The position numbers were made by a program, and so were the translations under genes. From the NCBI GenBank assembly GCA_963810615.1, contig CAWEOA010000002.1:654515-718514 (forward strand): 64,000 nucleotides of DNA. The letters run 5' to 3'. The stretch's first letter is position 1. Each line of letters starts with the position of its first letter. Positions 11,331 through 21,644 of the stretch are shown in pieces. Source of the stretch: an uncultured Gammaproteobacteria bacterium (lineage in GTDB: Bacteria > Pseudomonadota > Gammaproteobacteria > DRLM01). The notes beneath the pieces are model-generated. The model was not told the origin of the DNA. It saw nothing but the letters and a program-made list of their open reading frames with translations, and ran no database searches.

Positions 11331-12284
11331 ATGGGATTGCTGGTCAATGGTCAATGGCAGGACGCCTGGTATCCCACCGAAAAGACCGGCGGCCGCTTCG
11401 TCCGTCAGGAGAGCAGCTTCCGCAACTGGGTGACCGCGGACGGCTCCTCCGGCTACCTGGCGGAGCCGGGGCGCTATCATCTCTACGTGTCGCTGGCCTG
11501 CCCCTGGGCGCACCGCACCCTGATCTTTCGCAAGCTGAAAGGACTGGAAGACAGCATTTCCCTATCGATCGTCGATCCCTATATGGGTCCCCAAGGCTGG
11601 GCCTTCAGCGACTACCCCGGCTGCATCGCCGACACGGTCAACGGCTGCGACTACCTGCACCAGCTCTACACCAAGGTCCAGGCCGATTACACCGGCCGGG
11701 TCACGGTACCGGTATTGTTCGACAAACACAGCCAAACTATCGTCAATAATGAATCGTCCGAGATCATCCGCATGCTCAATGACGCCTTCGGCGGCGCCGG
11801 ACCGGATTTCTTTCCCGCCGAATTGGAAGACGAGATGAATGCCGTCAATGCCGAGGTCTACGCCGGCATCAATAACGGCGCCTATAAGGTGGGCTTCGCC
11901 ACCCGTCAGGCCGCCTATGAAGACGCATTCGACGCATTGTTCGCCGCCCTGGATAAGCTTGAGGAGCGGCTGTCACGGCAACGTTATCTGCTGGGCGGGC
12001 GCCTCACCGCCGCTGATTGGCGGCTGTTCACCACCCTGGTGCGCTTCGACGCCGTGTATTACGGGCACTTCAAATGTAATCTGCGGCGGCTGGTGGATTA
12101 CCCGAATCTATGGGACTACCTGCGCGAGCTCTATCAAATACCGGGCGTAGCGGAGACGGTGAATATGGATCACATCAAGACCCACTACTACCGCAGCCAC
12201 ACCACCATCAATCCCATCGGTATCGTGCCCAAGGGACCCTTGCTGGACTTCACGCTGCCCCATACCCGGCAAGGCCTGTCATGA
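11331..12284 (+). CDS. yqjG: glutathionyl-hydroquinone reductase (Xi-class glutathione S-transferase) YqjG
   Basis: The N-terminus MGLLVNGQWQDAWY...FRNWVTADGSSG...YHLYVSLACPWAHRTLIFRKLKGLE matches E. coli YqjG almost residue for residue. An AAAGGA SD precedes the ATG at 11331. Confidence 0.9.
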   Translation: MGLLVNGQWQDAWYPTEKTGGRFVRQESSFRNWVTADGSSGYLAEPGRYHLYVSLACPWAHRTLIFRKLKGLEDSISLSIVDPYMGPQGWAFSDYPGCIADTVNGCDYLHQLYTKVQADYTGRVTVPVLFDKHSQTIVNNESSEIIRMLNDAFGGAGPDFFPAELEDEMNAVNAEVYAGINNGAYKVGFATRQAAYEDAFDALFAALDKLEERLSRQRYLLGGRLTAADWRLFTTLVRFDAVYYGHFKCNLRRLVDYPNLWDYLRELYQIPGVAETVNMDHIKTHYYRSHTTINPIGIVPKGPLLDFTLPHTRQGLS

Positions 12285-13853
12285 CGGTCGCTTGCCGGCG
12301 AGGGCCTGTTTGAGCGGTTCCAGATAGTCCGCGTAATCCCGCCACCACCCCACCGCTGCGCTTTGCTTGAGCTGACTTGGCTGCCGTAGACCTGCGCCGG
12401 CGGAAAGCTGTTTGCCCTTGTATAACTCCACGCAGCGTTTGTTCCACTTAAGACCGCAAAACTCCACCATGGCCCGGGTGAGTTTCCTGGGGTCGCGCAC
12501 CAGGTCTTCGTAATGCACTTCGAGGATCGGTATATCGAGAACCTCACCCCAATGGATCATCAGTCCTTGATACTGACGATAATATGCCCCCAAATCAGCC
12601 AAGGCATGTGCATAAGGATGATCATCGCCGCTCTCTTGGAAATAACATGCCAGGCAGGTATCCAAGGGATCGCGCAGGCAGTGAATCACCCGCGCCATGG
12701 GAAACAGCAAGGCGATGATCCCCAGATACAGGAAATTTTGCGGCAAGGTATCGATGACCCGCTTGCTTTCGGGAAGGCGCTGCTCCAGTAGATCGAGATG
12801 GGGCTGGGCCCAGCCATCGCATTGTTCACGGCTGAGCTGGGTAATGTCGTTGCGCGGCGATGTTTGCGCCAGCGCTTCTTGAAATTCCATCGCCAAGCGG
12901 CCCATATCCGAGAACTCGCCCAGTGTCGCCATCTCTGGATGCATGGTCAGGATCTGCTCAACCAGGGCGCCCCCGGCGTGCGGCATGCCGACAATGAAGA
13001 TCAGTCGTTCCGAACAATTGCCGGCCCGCGGCGCACGCAACATAGCCTCGTGGTTGAAGGTCTGCATCACCTCGCCGATCCGGGACTGCCATTGCCGAGC
13101 GTCGAACTGCGCCGGAACGAGTCGCTGGCCAGCCTCAAAGTGGGGGAAGGCCTGGGCGAACTCGCCGCGTCCGTCATGGAGTCCTCCCAGGCGGAAATGG
13201 ATTTGGGCACGGCGCTCCGCCGCCAGATCGTCCTTGGCCAATAAGCCTTCCAGAAACGCGCGCGCCTCATCGTAACGCCCTTGGTCGATGCGCACCCCGG
13301 CCAGATCATAATAGGCCTCCGTCAGATCGGGATCACGTTTGAGAACCTGCTCCAGGGCGGCGGCGGCCTCGTCGAGATCGCCCAGTTGCTGCAAGACTCC
13401 ACCCAAAGATAGATAGGCGGCGACGCGTGATGGATTGAGCTGAATGGCCTGATGATAGTGGCTGAGCGCGGCGCGCGGATCGCCGCGCAATTGTGCGAGT
13501 CGCCCCAAGGCGTCGTAAGCCTCGGCCGAATCCGCCTTCAATGTCAGCGCCTGGCGATAGCACTCTTCGGCCTCGGCGAGTTTGGCCTGTAACTCCAAGG
13601 CATGGCCGAGATTGAGATACGCCTGGGCCGCGCCCGGTTGCAGGCTCACCGCCTTGCGCAAGGCGTTCTCCGCCTCGACGACACGGCCTAAACGACCATA
13701 AAGGGTGCCTGCCATGAAGCAGGACTCGGCATCCTGAGGCGCGAGTTCACAGAGCTTTTCAAAAAGGACTAGGGCCTCGCCGATGCGCTTGGCCTGGACG
13801 CAGGCAAACGCATGACGTTTCTTTGCCCGGATGAGGACCTGGTCTTTATTCAT
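12279..13853 (-). CDS. TPR-repeat protein with C-terminal sulfotransferase domain (paralog 1)
   Basis: The N-terminal half is TPR units (AxxYxxLGxxxxxxGxxxEA). The C-terminal half has the sulfotransferase 5'-PSB-like motif IFIVGMPHAGGALVEQIL and an RDP...YFQ motif. The start could be 13853 or 13931. Confidence 0.75.
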   Translation of the reverse strand: MNKDQVLIRAKKRHAFACVQAKRIGEALVLFEKLCELAPQDAESCFMAGTLYGRLGRVVEAENALRKAVSLQPGAAQAYLNLGHALELQAKLAEAEECYRQALTLKADSAEAYDALGRLAQLRGDPRAALSHYHQAIQLNPSRVAAYLSLGGVLQQLGDLDEAAAALEQVLKRDPDLTEAYYDLAGVRIDQGRYDEARAFLEGLLAKDDLAAERRAQIHFRLGGLHDGRGEFAQAFPHFEAGQRLVPAQFDARQWQSRIGEVMQTFNHEAMLRAPRAGNCSERLIFIVGMPHAGGALVEQILTMHPEMATLGEFSDMGRLAMEFQEALAQTSPRNDITQLSREQCDGWAQPHLDLLEQRLPESKRVIDTLPQNFLYLGIIALLFPMARVIHCLRDPLDTCLACYFQESGDDHPYAHALADLGAYYRQYQGLMIHWGEVLDIPILEVHYEDLVRDPRKLTRAMVEFCGLKWNKRCVELYKGKQLSAGAGLRQPSQLKQSAAVGWWRDYADYLEPLKQALAGKRPS

Positions 13854-14027
13854 GAAATGATCGCCGCCGTCTTCCCTTACTTGTGCAAATAGCTTGCACA
13901 ACAAGGGTTTTCGGCTTATCCGGGGATTCACTAAAGCCGACCCGGCGACGATTCAATCGTGACGCACTGCCAACACCTTGGCGCAGACCGCAATTATCCT
14001 GTTTCGCCCGGAAATGAGCGCTCGGCA

Positions 14028-15797
14028 TCAGGCGCCGGTGAGGGCCTTTTTGAGCGGTTCGAGATGATCCGCGTAATGCCGCCAACGGCCCATCGAACCG
14101 GAATAGATGGGCCGGCGCACCTGCCGAAAACTTGCGGTAGTAACGGAGCGCGCGCTTTTATGAAATTCCAAGCAGTGCTTGTCCCATTTGAGACCGCAAA
14201 ATTCCACCATTGCCCGGCCCAGCTTCTCCGAGTCACGCACTAAGTCTTCATAGCACAGTTCGAAGATGGGGATATCCAGGACTTTGCGCCAATGGCGCAT
14301 CAGACGCTGGTATTGGCGATAATACGCCCCCAGGTTGGCCAAATCGTAGGCATAAGGATGATCACCGGTGAACATCTGAAAATAGCATGACAGACAGGTG
14401 TCCAAGGGATCGCGCATGCAATGGATTACCCGTGCACCGGGAAATAGCAGGGCGATCCATCCCAAATGCAAAAAATTCTGCGGCATTTTATCTATCACCC
14501 GCAAGGCATTAGGGTATCTGCCGCCCAGCAGATCGAGATAACGCTGCGCCAAACTATTGCGTTGCTCGCGGCTCAACTGGGTGATGTCTTTGGCGGGAGA
14601 TGTGTGCTCAAGCAACTCCTGTAACCGGTCGGCCAGTAGGCTGATGTCCACCAGTTCGCCCGCCGCCGCCACCTCGGGATACATGGAAAGGATTTGTTCC
14701 ACCAAAGTGGTCCCTGAGCGCGGCATCCCCACAATAAAGATCGGTCTCTCCGAGCGGTTGTCCGCCCGCGGCGCACGCATCACGGCATCGTGACTGAACA
14801 TGTCAATCAAGTTGGTAATCCTGTCTTGCCATGCCCCGGCATCGAACGTCGCCGGAATAAGCTGGTTACCGGCCCGATAATGCGCAAAGGCCTGGGCATA
14901 CTCGCCGCGCTTGTCATAGAGCTGCCCCAAATTGAAATAGATTTGGGTGCGATGCTTGTCCGACAGGCCGTCCTTGGCCAACAAGCTTTCCAGGCGCGCA
15001 ATCGCCCCGTCATAATCCTTGGTGAAATGAGTCAGGCTCGCATAGACCAGGGCCACTTCCGGATAGTCTTGATAACGATCCAACACCGGCCTCAGACTCT
15101 CCAAGGCGGCTGGATAATCGCAAAGATGCTCCAGGATATAGGCCTCCACGGCCGTGGCTTCTACGTAATCCGGTTTGAGCTGTAAAACCCTGCGGATGTC
15201 GTGCAGGGCGTCTTCGTATAAGCCTTGGCCGATGCGCACTCCGGCAAGGTCATAGTGCGCACCGACATTATCCGGATCAAGGCGCAAGGCCTGGCCGATG
15301 CTATCGGCCGCCGCGTCATAGGCACACATGTGAATGCAGGCCTTGGCCCGGGAAAGGTGTGCCGTGAGCAGCGGCGGATTCAACTGGATAGCCTTTTCAT
15401 AATGGGCGATAGCGGCTTGCAGATCACCACCTTGCTGGCTGAGTCGCCCCAGAGAAGCATGGGCATCGGCCAAATCCGCTTTCAATGCCACTGCGCGCCG
15501 AAAGCATTCCTCGGCTTCGGCGAGCCGGCCCTGCAGCTCCAGGGTTTGACCGAGATTGAGATAGGCCGCGGCGGAGTCGGGCTGCAGGCCCACCGTCTTG
15601 CGCAAGGCGGCCTCCGCCTCGGCGATGCGGCCCATCCGCCCGTAAAGCGTACCCGCCATAAACCAGGACTCGGCATCCGACGGATCGATTTCGCAAATCT
15701 TCTGATACAGATGGAGGGCCTCACCGATACGATCGGCCTGCGCGCAGGCGAAGGCTTGGCGCTTTTTTGCTCGGGTAAGGGCGTTTTTCTTACTCAT
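14028..15797 (-). CDS. TPR-repeat protein with C-terminal sulfotransferase domain (paralog 2)
   Basis: It has the same architecture as the neighbour (IFIVGMPRSGTTLVEQIL; RDPLDTCLSCYFQ). The two are roughly 50-60 % identical by eye and are arranged head to tail. Confidence 0.75.
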   Translation of the reverse strand: MSKKNALTRAKKRQAFACAQADRIGEALHLYQKICEIDPSDAESWFMAGTLYGRMGRIAEAEAALRKTVGLQPDSAAAYLNLGQTLELQGRLAEAEECFRRAVALKADLADAHASLGRLSQQGGDLQAAIAHYEKAIQLNPPLLTAHLSRAKACIHMCAYDAAADSIGQALRLDPDNVGAHYDLAGVRIGQGLYEDALHDIRRVLQLKPDYVEATAVEAYILEHLCDYPAALESLRPVLDRYQDYPEVALVYASLTHFTKDYDGAIARLESLLAKDGLSDKHRTQIYFNLGQLYDKRGEYAQAFAHYRAGNQLIPATFDAGAWQDRITNLIDMFSHDAVMRAPRADNRSERPIFIVGMPRSGTTLVEQILSMYPEVAAAGELVDISLLADRLQELLEHTSPAKDITQLSREQRNSLAQRYLDLLGGRYPNALRVIDKMPQNFLHLGWIALLFPGARVIHCMRDPLDTCLSCYFQMFTGDHPYAYDLANLGAYYRQYQRLMRHWRKVLDIPIFELCYEDLVRDSEKLGRAMVEFCGLKWDKHCLEFHKSARSVTTASFRQVRRPIYSGSMGRWRHYADHLEPLKKALTGA

Positions 15798-15901
15798 TTT
15801 ATGATTCTCTGCCGCTGTCAAAATCCCCGCAGTAAATACACGCTCTTCAGCAATCTTCGGCTGCACTGCTCATAGATGAAGCTACCCGCTCAGGGAAACG
15901 C

Positions 15902-16699
15902 TTACGGCTTCGTTTCCTCCTCCTTGGCGCGTTGCCACAGTTGCTCCATCTCGGCCAGGTCAGATCGCTCGGGGTCGCGACCCTGTTCCGCCAGCCAGTC
16001 CTCGATGCGGCGAAAGCGCCGTTCAAAGCGGCCGTTGGCCTCGCGCAAGGCGCTCTCGGGATCGATGCCGGCAAAACGGGCCAGATTGCTGCTCGCCAGT
16101 AGCAGGTCACCGATCTCATGGGACAGGCGGTCGCGACCGGCGCCGACCGCCACCTCGACGCGCACCTCTTCCAATTCTTCCTCCACCTTATCCAGGACCT
16201 CGGCAAGTTCGCGCCAATCGAACCCCACCCGCGCCGCACGGCGCTGCAATTTCACCGCGCGACTCAGGGCGGGCAGGCCCAAACTCACCCCATCCAGCAC
16301 GCTGGGCGAACCCGGCACCGCCTTGGCCTCTCGTTCAGCGGCCTTATGCCGTTCCCATTCCTCGCTCTGTTGTGCCGCATTACCGACCCGGGCGTCACCG
16401 AACACATGAGGATGGCGCCGCGTCAGTTTGGCGACGATGGCCTCCACCACGGCGCTGAAATCGAAATGGCCCGCCTCCTTGGCCATCTCGGCGTAGAACA
16501 CCACTTGAAACAGCAGATCGCCCAGCTCATCGCACAGCTCGTCCATATCACCGCGCTCGATGGCATCCGCCACCTCATAGGCCTCTTCTATGGTGAATGG
16601 CGCGATGGTGGCGAAGCTCTGTTCGCGATCCCAGGGACAGCCCCGCTCGGGATCGCGCAGCGTGGTCATGATCTCGAGAAGTCGTTCGATACCCGTCAT
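15902..16699 (-). CDS. mazG: nucleoside triphosphate pyrophosphohydrolase MazG
   Basis: It has the tandem MazG domains, with the EExxE motifs EEAYEVADAIE and EELEEV, and the N-terminus LLEIMTTLRDPERGCPWDREQSF. Confidence 0.9.
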   Translation of the reverse strand: MTGIERLLEIMTTLRDPERGCPWDREQSFATIAPFTIEEAYEVADAIERGDMDELCDELGDLLFQVVFYAEMAKEAGHFDFSAVVEAIVAKLTRRHPHVFGDARVGNAAQQSEEWERHKAAEREAKAVPGSPSVLDGVSLGLPALSRAVKLQRRAARVGFDWRELAEVLDKVEEELEEVRVEVAVGAGRDRLSHEIGDLLLASSNLARFAGIDPESALREANGRFERRFRRIEDWLAEQGRDPERSDLAEMEQLWQRAKEEETKP

Positions 16700-16753
16700 T
16701 ATTCGGCCCTCTTATTGCATGAAAGTTACCATATTTTTTTACGCCGCTGCGGC

Positions 16754-16759
16754 TATAAT
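16754..16759 (+). promoter_or_regulatory. candidate sigma70 -10 hexamer TATAAT upstream of the symporter gene
   Basis: A perfect TATAAT sits 32 nt upstream of a GAAGGGAGA SD in the mazG/AGCS divergent intergenic region. Confidence 0.3.
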
Positions 16760-16790
16760 CGTGGCGGCATTGCGCGAAGGGAGATTGCCT

Positions 16791-18161
16791 TTGGATACCT
16801 TGATCACCAGCCTCACGGATATCACCGGCCAGATTTCCGGGCTGCTGTGGAAAAATGCCATCACCCTGCTGATCCTGCTCGGCACCGGCATCTATCTCAC
16901 GGTACGCATGGGACTGGTTCAGATCCGCGGTTTTTATCACGCCACGCAGCTGGTGGGCGGGCGGTACAGCAGCCATAAGGACGTGGGCGAAGTCTCGCAT
17001 TTCCAGGCCCTTTCCACCGCCTTGTCCGCCACCGTCGGCACCGGTAACATCGCCGGCGTGGCCACCGCCATCTCCCTCGGCGGACCCGGCGCCTTATTCT
17101 GGATGTGGGTGACCGCCTTCATCGGTATGGCCACCAAGTTTACCGAATGCACCCTGTCCCTCAAATTCCGCGAGGTGGCACCCGACGGGCAGGTGTCGGG
17201 CGGACCCATGTATACCTTGCTGCACGGCTTGAAGATGCCCAAGCTCGCCATCGCCTTTGCCAGCTTCGCCCTGATCGCCTCCTTCGGCATCGGCAACATG
17301 GTCCAGGCCAACTCGGTGGTGGACGCCATGGGTTTCATTTTTCCGACGGTAAAAGAAGACGGCTGGCTGCTGGGCATGATCATGGCCGTGCTGGTAGGTA
17401 TGGTGATACTGGGAGGGGTGAAGCGCATCGCTAAGGTAGCCGGTACCCTGGTGCCCTTCATGGCCATCTTCTATATCGTCGGCTCGCTGCTGGTGCTGGC
17501 CAATCATCTCGCCGATATCCCCAGCGCCTTCTTAACCATCATCAACAACGCCCTCAATCCCTGGGCGGTGGGCGGCGGCGCCGTGGGCGAGGCGATCCGC
17601 TGGGGCGTGGCACGCGGTCTGTTTTCCAATGAAGCGGGCTTGGGTTCTTCCCCCATGGCCCACGCCGCGGCGCGCACCAATGAGCCGGTGCGCGAAGGCC
17701 TGGTGGCCATGATGGAACCCTTCATCGACACCCTGGTGATCTGCTCCTTGACCGGCCTGGTGATCATCGCCACCGGGGCCTATGCCCACCATCCCGACAG
17801 CGCCGTGGGGGCCGCACTCACCGCCTACGCCTTCAGCGAGACCCTGGGGGCGGGCGGGGCCTGGGTAGTAGGCATCGGTCTGGGCCTGTTCGCTTTCTCC
17901 ACCATCATCTCCTGGTCCTACTACGGCGACCGCGCCGCCAAGTTCCTGTTCGGCGAGAAAGCGGTACTGCCCTATCGAGTGATCTATACCTTGATAGTGG
18001 TATTCGGCGCGGCGGTACCGTTACCGCTGGTGTGGAACGTGGCGGATATCACCAATCTGTTCATGGCCCTGCCCAATCTGCTGAGTTTGATATTACTGGC
18101 CGGACTGGTGCGCAGCCTCAAGCTGGATTATTTCTCGCGCCCCCATCAGCGGACGCGTTGA
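16791..18161 (+). CDS. alanine/glycine:cation symporter (AGCS family)
   Basis: The product has about 11 TM helices and the conserved AGCS blocks GGPGALFWMW and WSYYG. The start is uncertain: TTG 16791 after GAAGGGAGA is favoured, ATG 16719 is the alternative. Confidence 0.85.
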   Translation: MDTLITSLTDITGQISGLLWKNAITLLILLGTGIYLTVRMGLVQIRGFYHATQLVGGRYSSHKDVGEVSHFQALSTALSATVGTGNIAGVATAISLGGPGALFWMWVTAFIGMATKFTECTLSLKFREVAPDGQVSGGPMYTLLHGLKMPKLAIAFASFALIASFGIGNMVQANSVVDAMGFIFPTVKEDGWLLGMIMAVLVGMVILGGVKRIAKVAGTLVPFMAIFYIVGSLLVLANHLADIPSAFLTIINNALNPWAVGGGAVGEAIRWGVARGLFSNEAGLGSSPMAHAAARTNEPVREGLVAMMEPFIDTLVICSLTGLVIIATGAYAHHPDSAVGAALTAYAFSETLGAGGAWVVGIGLGLFAFSTIISWSYYGDRAAKFLFGEKAVLPYRVIYTLIVVFGAAVPLPLVWNVADITNLFMALPNLLSLILLAGLVRSLKLDYFSRPHQRTR

Positions 18162-18166
18162 CCAAC

Positions 18167-18231
<65 letters not shown>

Positions 18232-18252
18232 TAAGGAAACTCCCATCCAGGT

Positions 18253-18335
18253 GTCATTTCGAGCGCAGCGAGAAATCTTCAGGCTGAAGCACCTATCGCA
18301 ACGATGTAAGATTTCTCGCTGCGCTCGAAATGACA
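18253..18335. repeat. perfect 28-bp inverted repeat (27-nt loop); probable bidirectional terminator or REP/MITE-like element
   Basis: tgtcatttcgagcgcagcgagaaatctt and aagatttctcgctgcgctcgaaatgaca are exact reverse complements. They lie between the convergent symporter and cytochrome genes. Confidence 0.9.
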
Positions 18336-18368
18336 GAACGTATTCATTTAATGCGTTTCCGCTGCATC

Positions 18369-19694
18369 TCAATGCATGATACGCGGCCAATACTTATCGA
18401 AGTTGAAGGAGGGGCTGTGGGGTTGGGTATGGCACTGGGCGCACATCTCCGCCGGCCGCCAACCGGCATTGGCCACCGGCTTTGTGCCGCCGGACTTCAC
18501 ATGCTCCCGCGCCGCGCCGTGGCAGGACTCACATTGCACATTAGTCAATGAGCCCGTTGCCTCCATGTCGATGAAGCCGCCGGGTTTGTCGAAGCCTACG
18601 GTGTGACACTGCAGACAATTGGGATCGAAAGACTTGCTCACATCCTCCAAGGCGCCGAATGCCTCGGCATGGCGTGACTTGCGCCAGATCGCGTAAGCGT
18701 CTTGATGGCAATACTGACAAGGCTCGTCACCGACATAGGGCGTCTCGCCGCTGGCCTGCGCCTTACGCAAGGCCACCATTTGCGCGTATTTCTCCTTGAT
18801 ATGCGCCGTATAGGCGGCGTACCAGTCGTGCAGGCGGGGATCGTCGACCACGCTTTTCGGCAAAGGAATTACTTGATGATGCCAAGTCGTGATCCGGGCA
18901 TGAGCGTCAAGTTCGAGATCCACCCGCCCGAGGCGCATGCCTCGAGAACCCGGTTGCAGCACCAAGGTTTTCCCTACCATCTGCGGCTTGCCGTAGTTTT
19001 CATAGTTGGAGTGGACCAATAGCACATCGATATCCTGCATAGGAAGGATGAGCCGCGCGTCCTTCAGCGCCAGGGTAGTGGTAACCACAGTCAGGCTGCC
19101 TTGCTGTTTGGCCTTGGCGATGCGCTTTGCCAGACCGTCCGCATCCTCGCCCACCTGGCTATGCTCACCCTTCATGGCCAGTTGCGGCGCCGTCCTAGGG
19201 TCAACCCAAGTAAAAAAGCTTGTCGTCAGCGCGCCGTGGCGTACGCGCCGCTCAGCGGCGAAGTGCTTATCGAGCCAGTTACTGGCCACCCACGGCAACG
19301 GGGGCGTCTGGAGAAATTCGGTACCGTATTGCAGATCGTCCCATTGCAAACCGACGGCGTCATAATCCATGACGGCGAAACCCTTGAGGATATATTCGTT
19401 GGTCAATCGCCCGTTGGCGGCGAAACCGCTCAGCAACCCGCCCGTCGAGACCAGGAATAAATCAGGTTTCTCCTTGCGTAAGCGCTGAATCACAGTGGCA
19501 CGGCGACGGATACCGCCGAGATCACCTTCCGCAGTGCAGCCGCAGGGTTCCAGTTCTCCATCGAGATTGCCCGAATAGATCAAGGTCGCCGCCTGCGCAG
19601 CGACGGCTTGCCCCGTCATGGCAAACTGTGCCGCGCAAACGGCGATGAGGCAAAGCACCCATGGCCACCCTGTTCTCAAAATTTGCACCCCCAT
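18369..19694 (-). CDS. periplasmic tetra-heme c-type cytochrome with a large N-terminal non-heme domain
   Basis: It has an N-terminal signal peptide and four CxxCH motifs in the C-terminal third (CQYCH, CLQCH, CESCH, CAQCH). The N-terminal ~300 aa lack heme motifs and may be a degenerate metallophosphatase/5'-nucleotidase-like domain. Confidence 0.75.
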   Translation of the reverse strand: MGVQILRTGWPWVLCLIAVCAAQFAMTGQAVAAQAATLIYSGNLDGELEPCGCTAEGDLGGIRRRATVIQRLRKEKPDLFLVSTGGLLSGFAANGRLTNEYILKGFAVMDYDAVGLQWDDLQYGTEFLQTPPLPWVASNWLDKHFAAERRVRHGALTTSFFTWVDPRTAPQLAMKGEHSQVGEDADGLAKRIAKAKQQGSLTVVTTTLALKDARLILPMQDIDVLLVHSNYENYGKPQMVGKTLVLQPGSRGMRLGRVDLELDAHARITTWHHQVIPLPKSVVDDPRLHDWYAAYTAHIKEKYAQMVALRKAQASGETPYVGDEPCQYCHQDAYAIWRKSRHAEAFGALEDVSKSFDPNCLQCHTVGFDKPGGFIDMEATGSLTNVQCESCHGAAREHVKSGGTKPVANAGWRPAEMCAQCHTQPHSPSFNFDKYWPRIMH

Positions 19695-19925
19695 TTAACT
19701 CACCCCGCGAGGAAAAAGTGATATATACGATTTTCGCTGCGAATGTATGACGCAAACCCCGGAATCGCCGCCGTTCACCATCAGGCATTCGATGAATCAA
19801 GTTGCGCGCACAGCCGCGGACTTGGGACGGAACGGCTGCGGAAGTCTTGCGCCGACAATTCCCTAGCCTCAGGGCTGGTCTGCACTGGAGCAAATACGAA
19901 TGATGCTAAAAAACGGGAACAGCGT

Positions 19926-21644
19926 CTATGCCGAAGTGTGCAATTCGAATAGGGAAAAATCGGTTTGGGCAATGATCGCCTCGCCCAGGGCGGCGCTATG
20001 CTGGTGATCGGCGAACATCACCGTCAAGCGGTCGCCGGTAATCAAATTCTGCTTATTGTCGCACAGTAGCTGCAATTTACCATCCTTGGTGCTAATCATC
20101 AGGGCGGGCAAGGGCGGTTGCTCCATGCCGTCCTCCTCCACCACTAGTACCGGAAGAATCTCACCTGCGATGCGGGCGATCGCCACCTGCACTTCGTCAT
20201 CCCCGATACGCTGGAGACGCACCACATAGCCCAAGCGACTGGCGGCAAACTCGTCCTCTTTACTGTTGTAGGCCACCAGGCGACCCACATAGACCGGCAG
20301 CCCGTATTCGCCCTCCTGGACATGCAGCTGAATACCTCCCACCCCTTCGTCGGCAACCACCCAGCGCGGCTCGCTTATCCCCTCTTCGTTTTCGGCGACG
20401 ATATTGATGTGCTCCGCCAGCGCATCCCAAAAGCGCCGCTCCTGCTTAACGGTTTCTTTATCGCTATCCTTACGATTGATATCGTCAAATAAGCGATACA
20501 CCGTTTCGAAGCCTCCATAGAGGCGGGCATGCTGCCCCCCGAAGACGCGTTGCCGCGGCTCATGACGCTGGCGGGGCTGCACGCGGTGGAGCAGCAAGTC
20601 CAGAAAGATAATCCGCTCCCGCTCCGGAATTTCCTGTATGGGCGTACTGACGGACGATGTGTCCGCAGCAGACATGAGCGTCAAGCGATCCTCGGTTGCC
20701 TGTCTCAGAATGGGATTGAGATCAATGAGTAAAGATGCCTCCCCTTGATCCGAGGTCCGGCTAAACTGCGGCGGAACTGCCTGGTCATGATAAATAATGC
20801 AATGCCCGGCGGGAACATCACCAATGCTCTCATCGTCCTTGATGAAAGGTTCTTCGATGACACTCAAATAACGAACTACCCGATAGGCAAGATGGACCGG
20901 CCAACTGATCACATCCAACAAACCGGTCAGCTCGATGGCGAGATACAAATGCTCGAGATTTGCCATCTTGGGGAACAGTTCCACGCTGGAAACACTGTCC
21001 TCCACCGTCCACTGAATCTTGAGCGGATATTTCGCCTTCATGTCCCAATCGCTGCGCAAGGCGAAGAACAAATGATTAACGTCCCGCCAAATATAGTCGG
21101 GCAATTTTTGATAGCGAAAGGCCAGCAGCAGCTGCTCGAAACGAGCGCACTCGAAAATACGTAATGCGACCGTCAGGGTCCGTTCCCGGGTCGCGTGACT
21201 CTGATCGGGGTCGGCCCAATCCTGGCGGAAGAGCAATTTGTAGTTGATCGCCAACTGTTCGACGGCGCGTACGGCGTGGGAAATGGTTTCCCGCTGCTCG
21301 CGGGTCTCCGGAATCCCACCGCCCTGCTGGAAAAAGCGGGCAAACAAACTACTGACCGCGGCCACTACTTCATTCAATACTATATTGCTGATGCGGGTCC
21401 GCTGTTCGTAACTCATAGGCAGCGGGTTGATTTTATCAAGATAACGGTAGGCGGCCTGCAGCAACAGCAAGGGACCAAGCCGTTGTTGGATCACCTGATT
21501 CCACATGGCTTCGATATTTTGATCGATATCCTTCCCCACCTGCAGGGTCAGAGGGATATACAGAGCAACGACTTGACGATCCGTGTTCTTCTTGCGACTA
21601 CCGAACAGCGACTTGAATAACCCGGACTTTGTAGAATCTGCCAT
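19926..21644 (-). CDS. hypothetical protein, 572 aa, no recognisable motif
   Basis: It is a long uninterrupted ORF in a coding-dense region with codon usage like its neighbours. No signal peptide or TM helix was seen, and the start is taken at MADSTK. Confidence 0.6.
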   Translation of the reverse strand: MADSTKSGLFKSLFGSRKKNTDRQVVALYIPLTLQVGKDIDQNIEAMWNQVIQQRLGPLLLLQAAYRYLDKINPLPMSYEQRTRISNIVLNEVVAAVSSLFARFFQQGGGIPETREQRETISHAVRAVEQLAINYKLLFRQDWADPDQSHATRERTLTVALRIFECARFEQLLLAFRYQKLPDYIWRDVNHLFFALRSDWDMKAKYPLKIQWTVEDSVSSVELFPKMANLEHLYLAIELTGLLDVISWPVHLAYRVVRYLSVIEEPFIKDDESIGDVPAGHCIIYHDQAVPPQFSRTSDQGEASLLIDLNPILRQATEDRLTLMSAADTSSVSTPIQEIPERERIIFLDLLLHRVQPRQRHEPRQRVFGGQHARLYGGFETVYRLFDDINRKDSDKETVKQERRFWDALAEHINIVAENEEGISEPRWVVADEGVGGIQLHVQEGEYGLPVYVGRLVAYNSKEDEFAASRLGYVVRLQRIGDDEVQVAIARIAGEILPVLVVEEDGMEQPPLPALMISTKDGKLQLLCDNKQNLITGDRLTVMFADHQHSAALGEAIIAQTDFSLFELHTSA

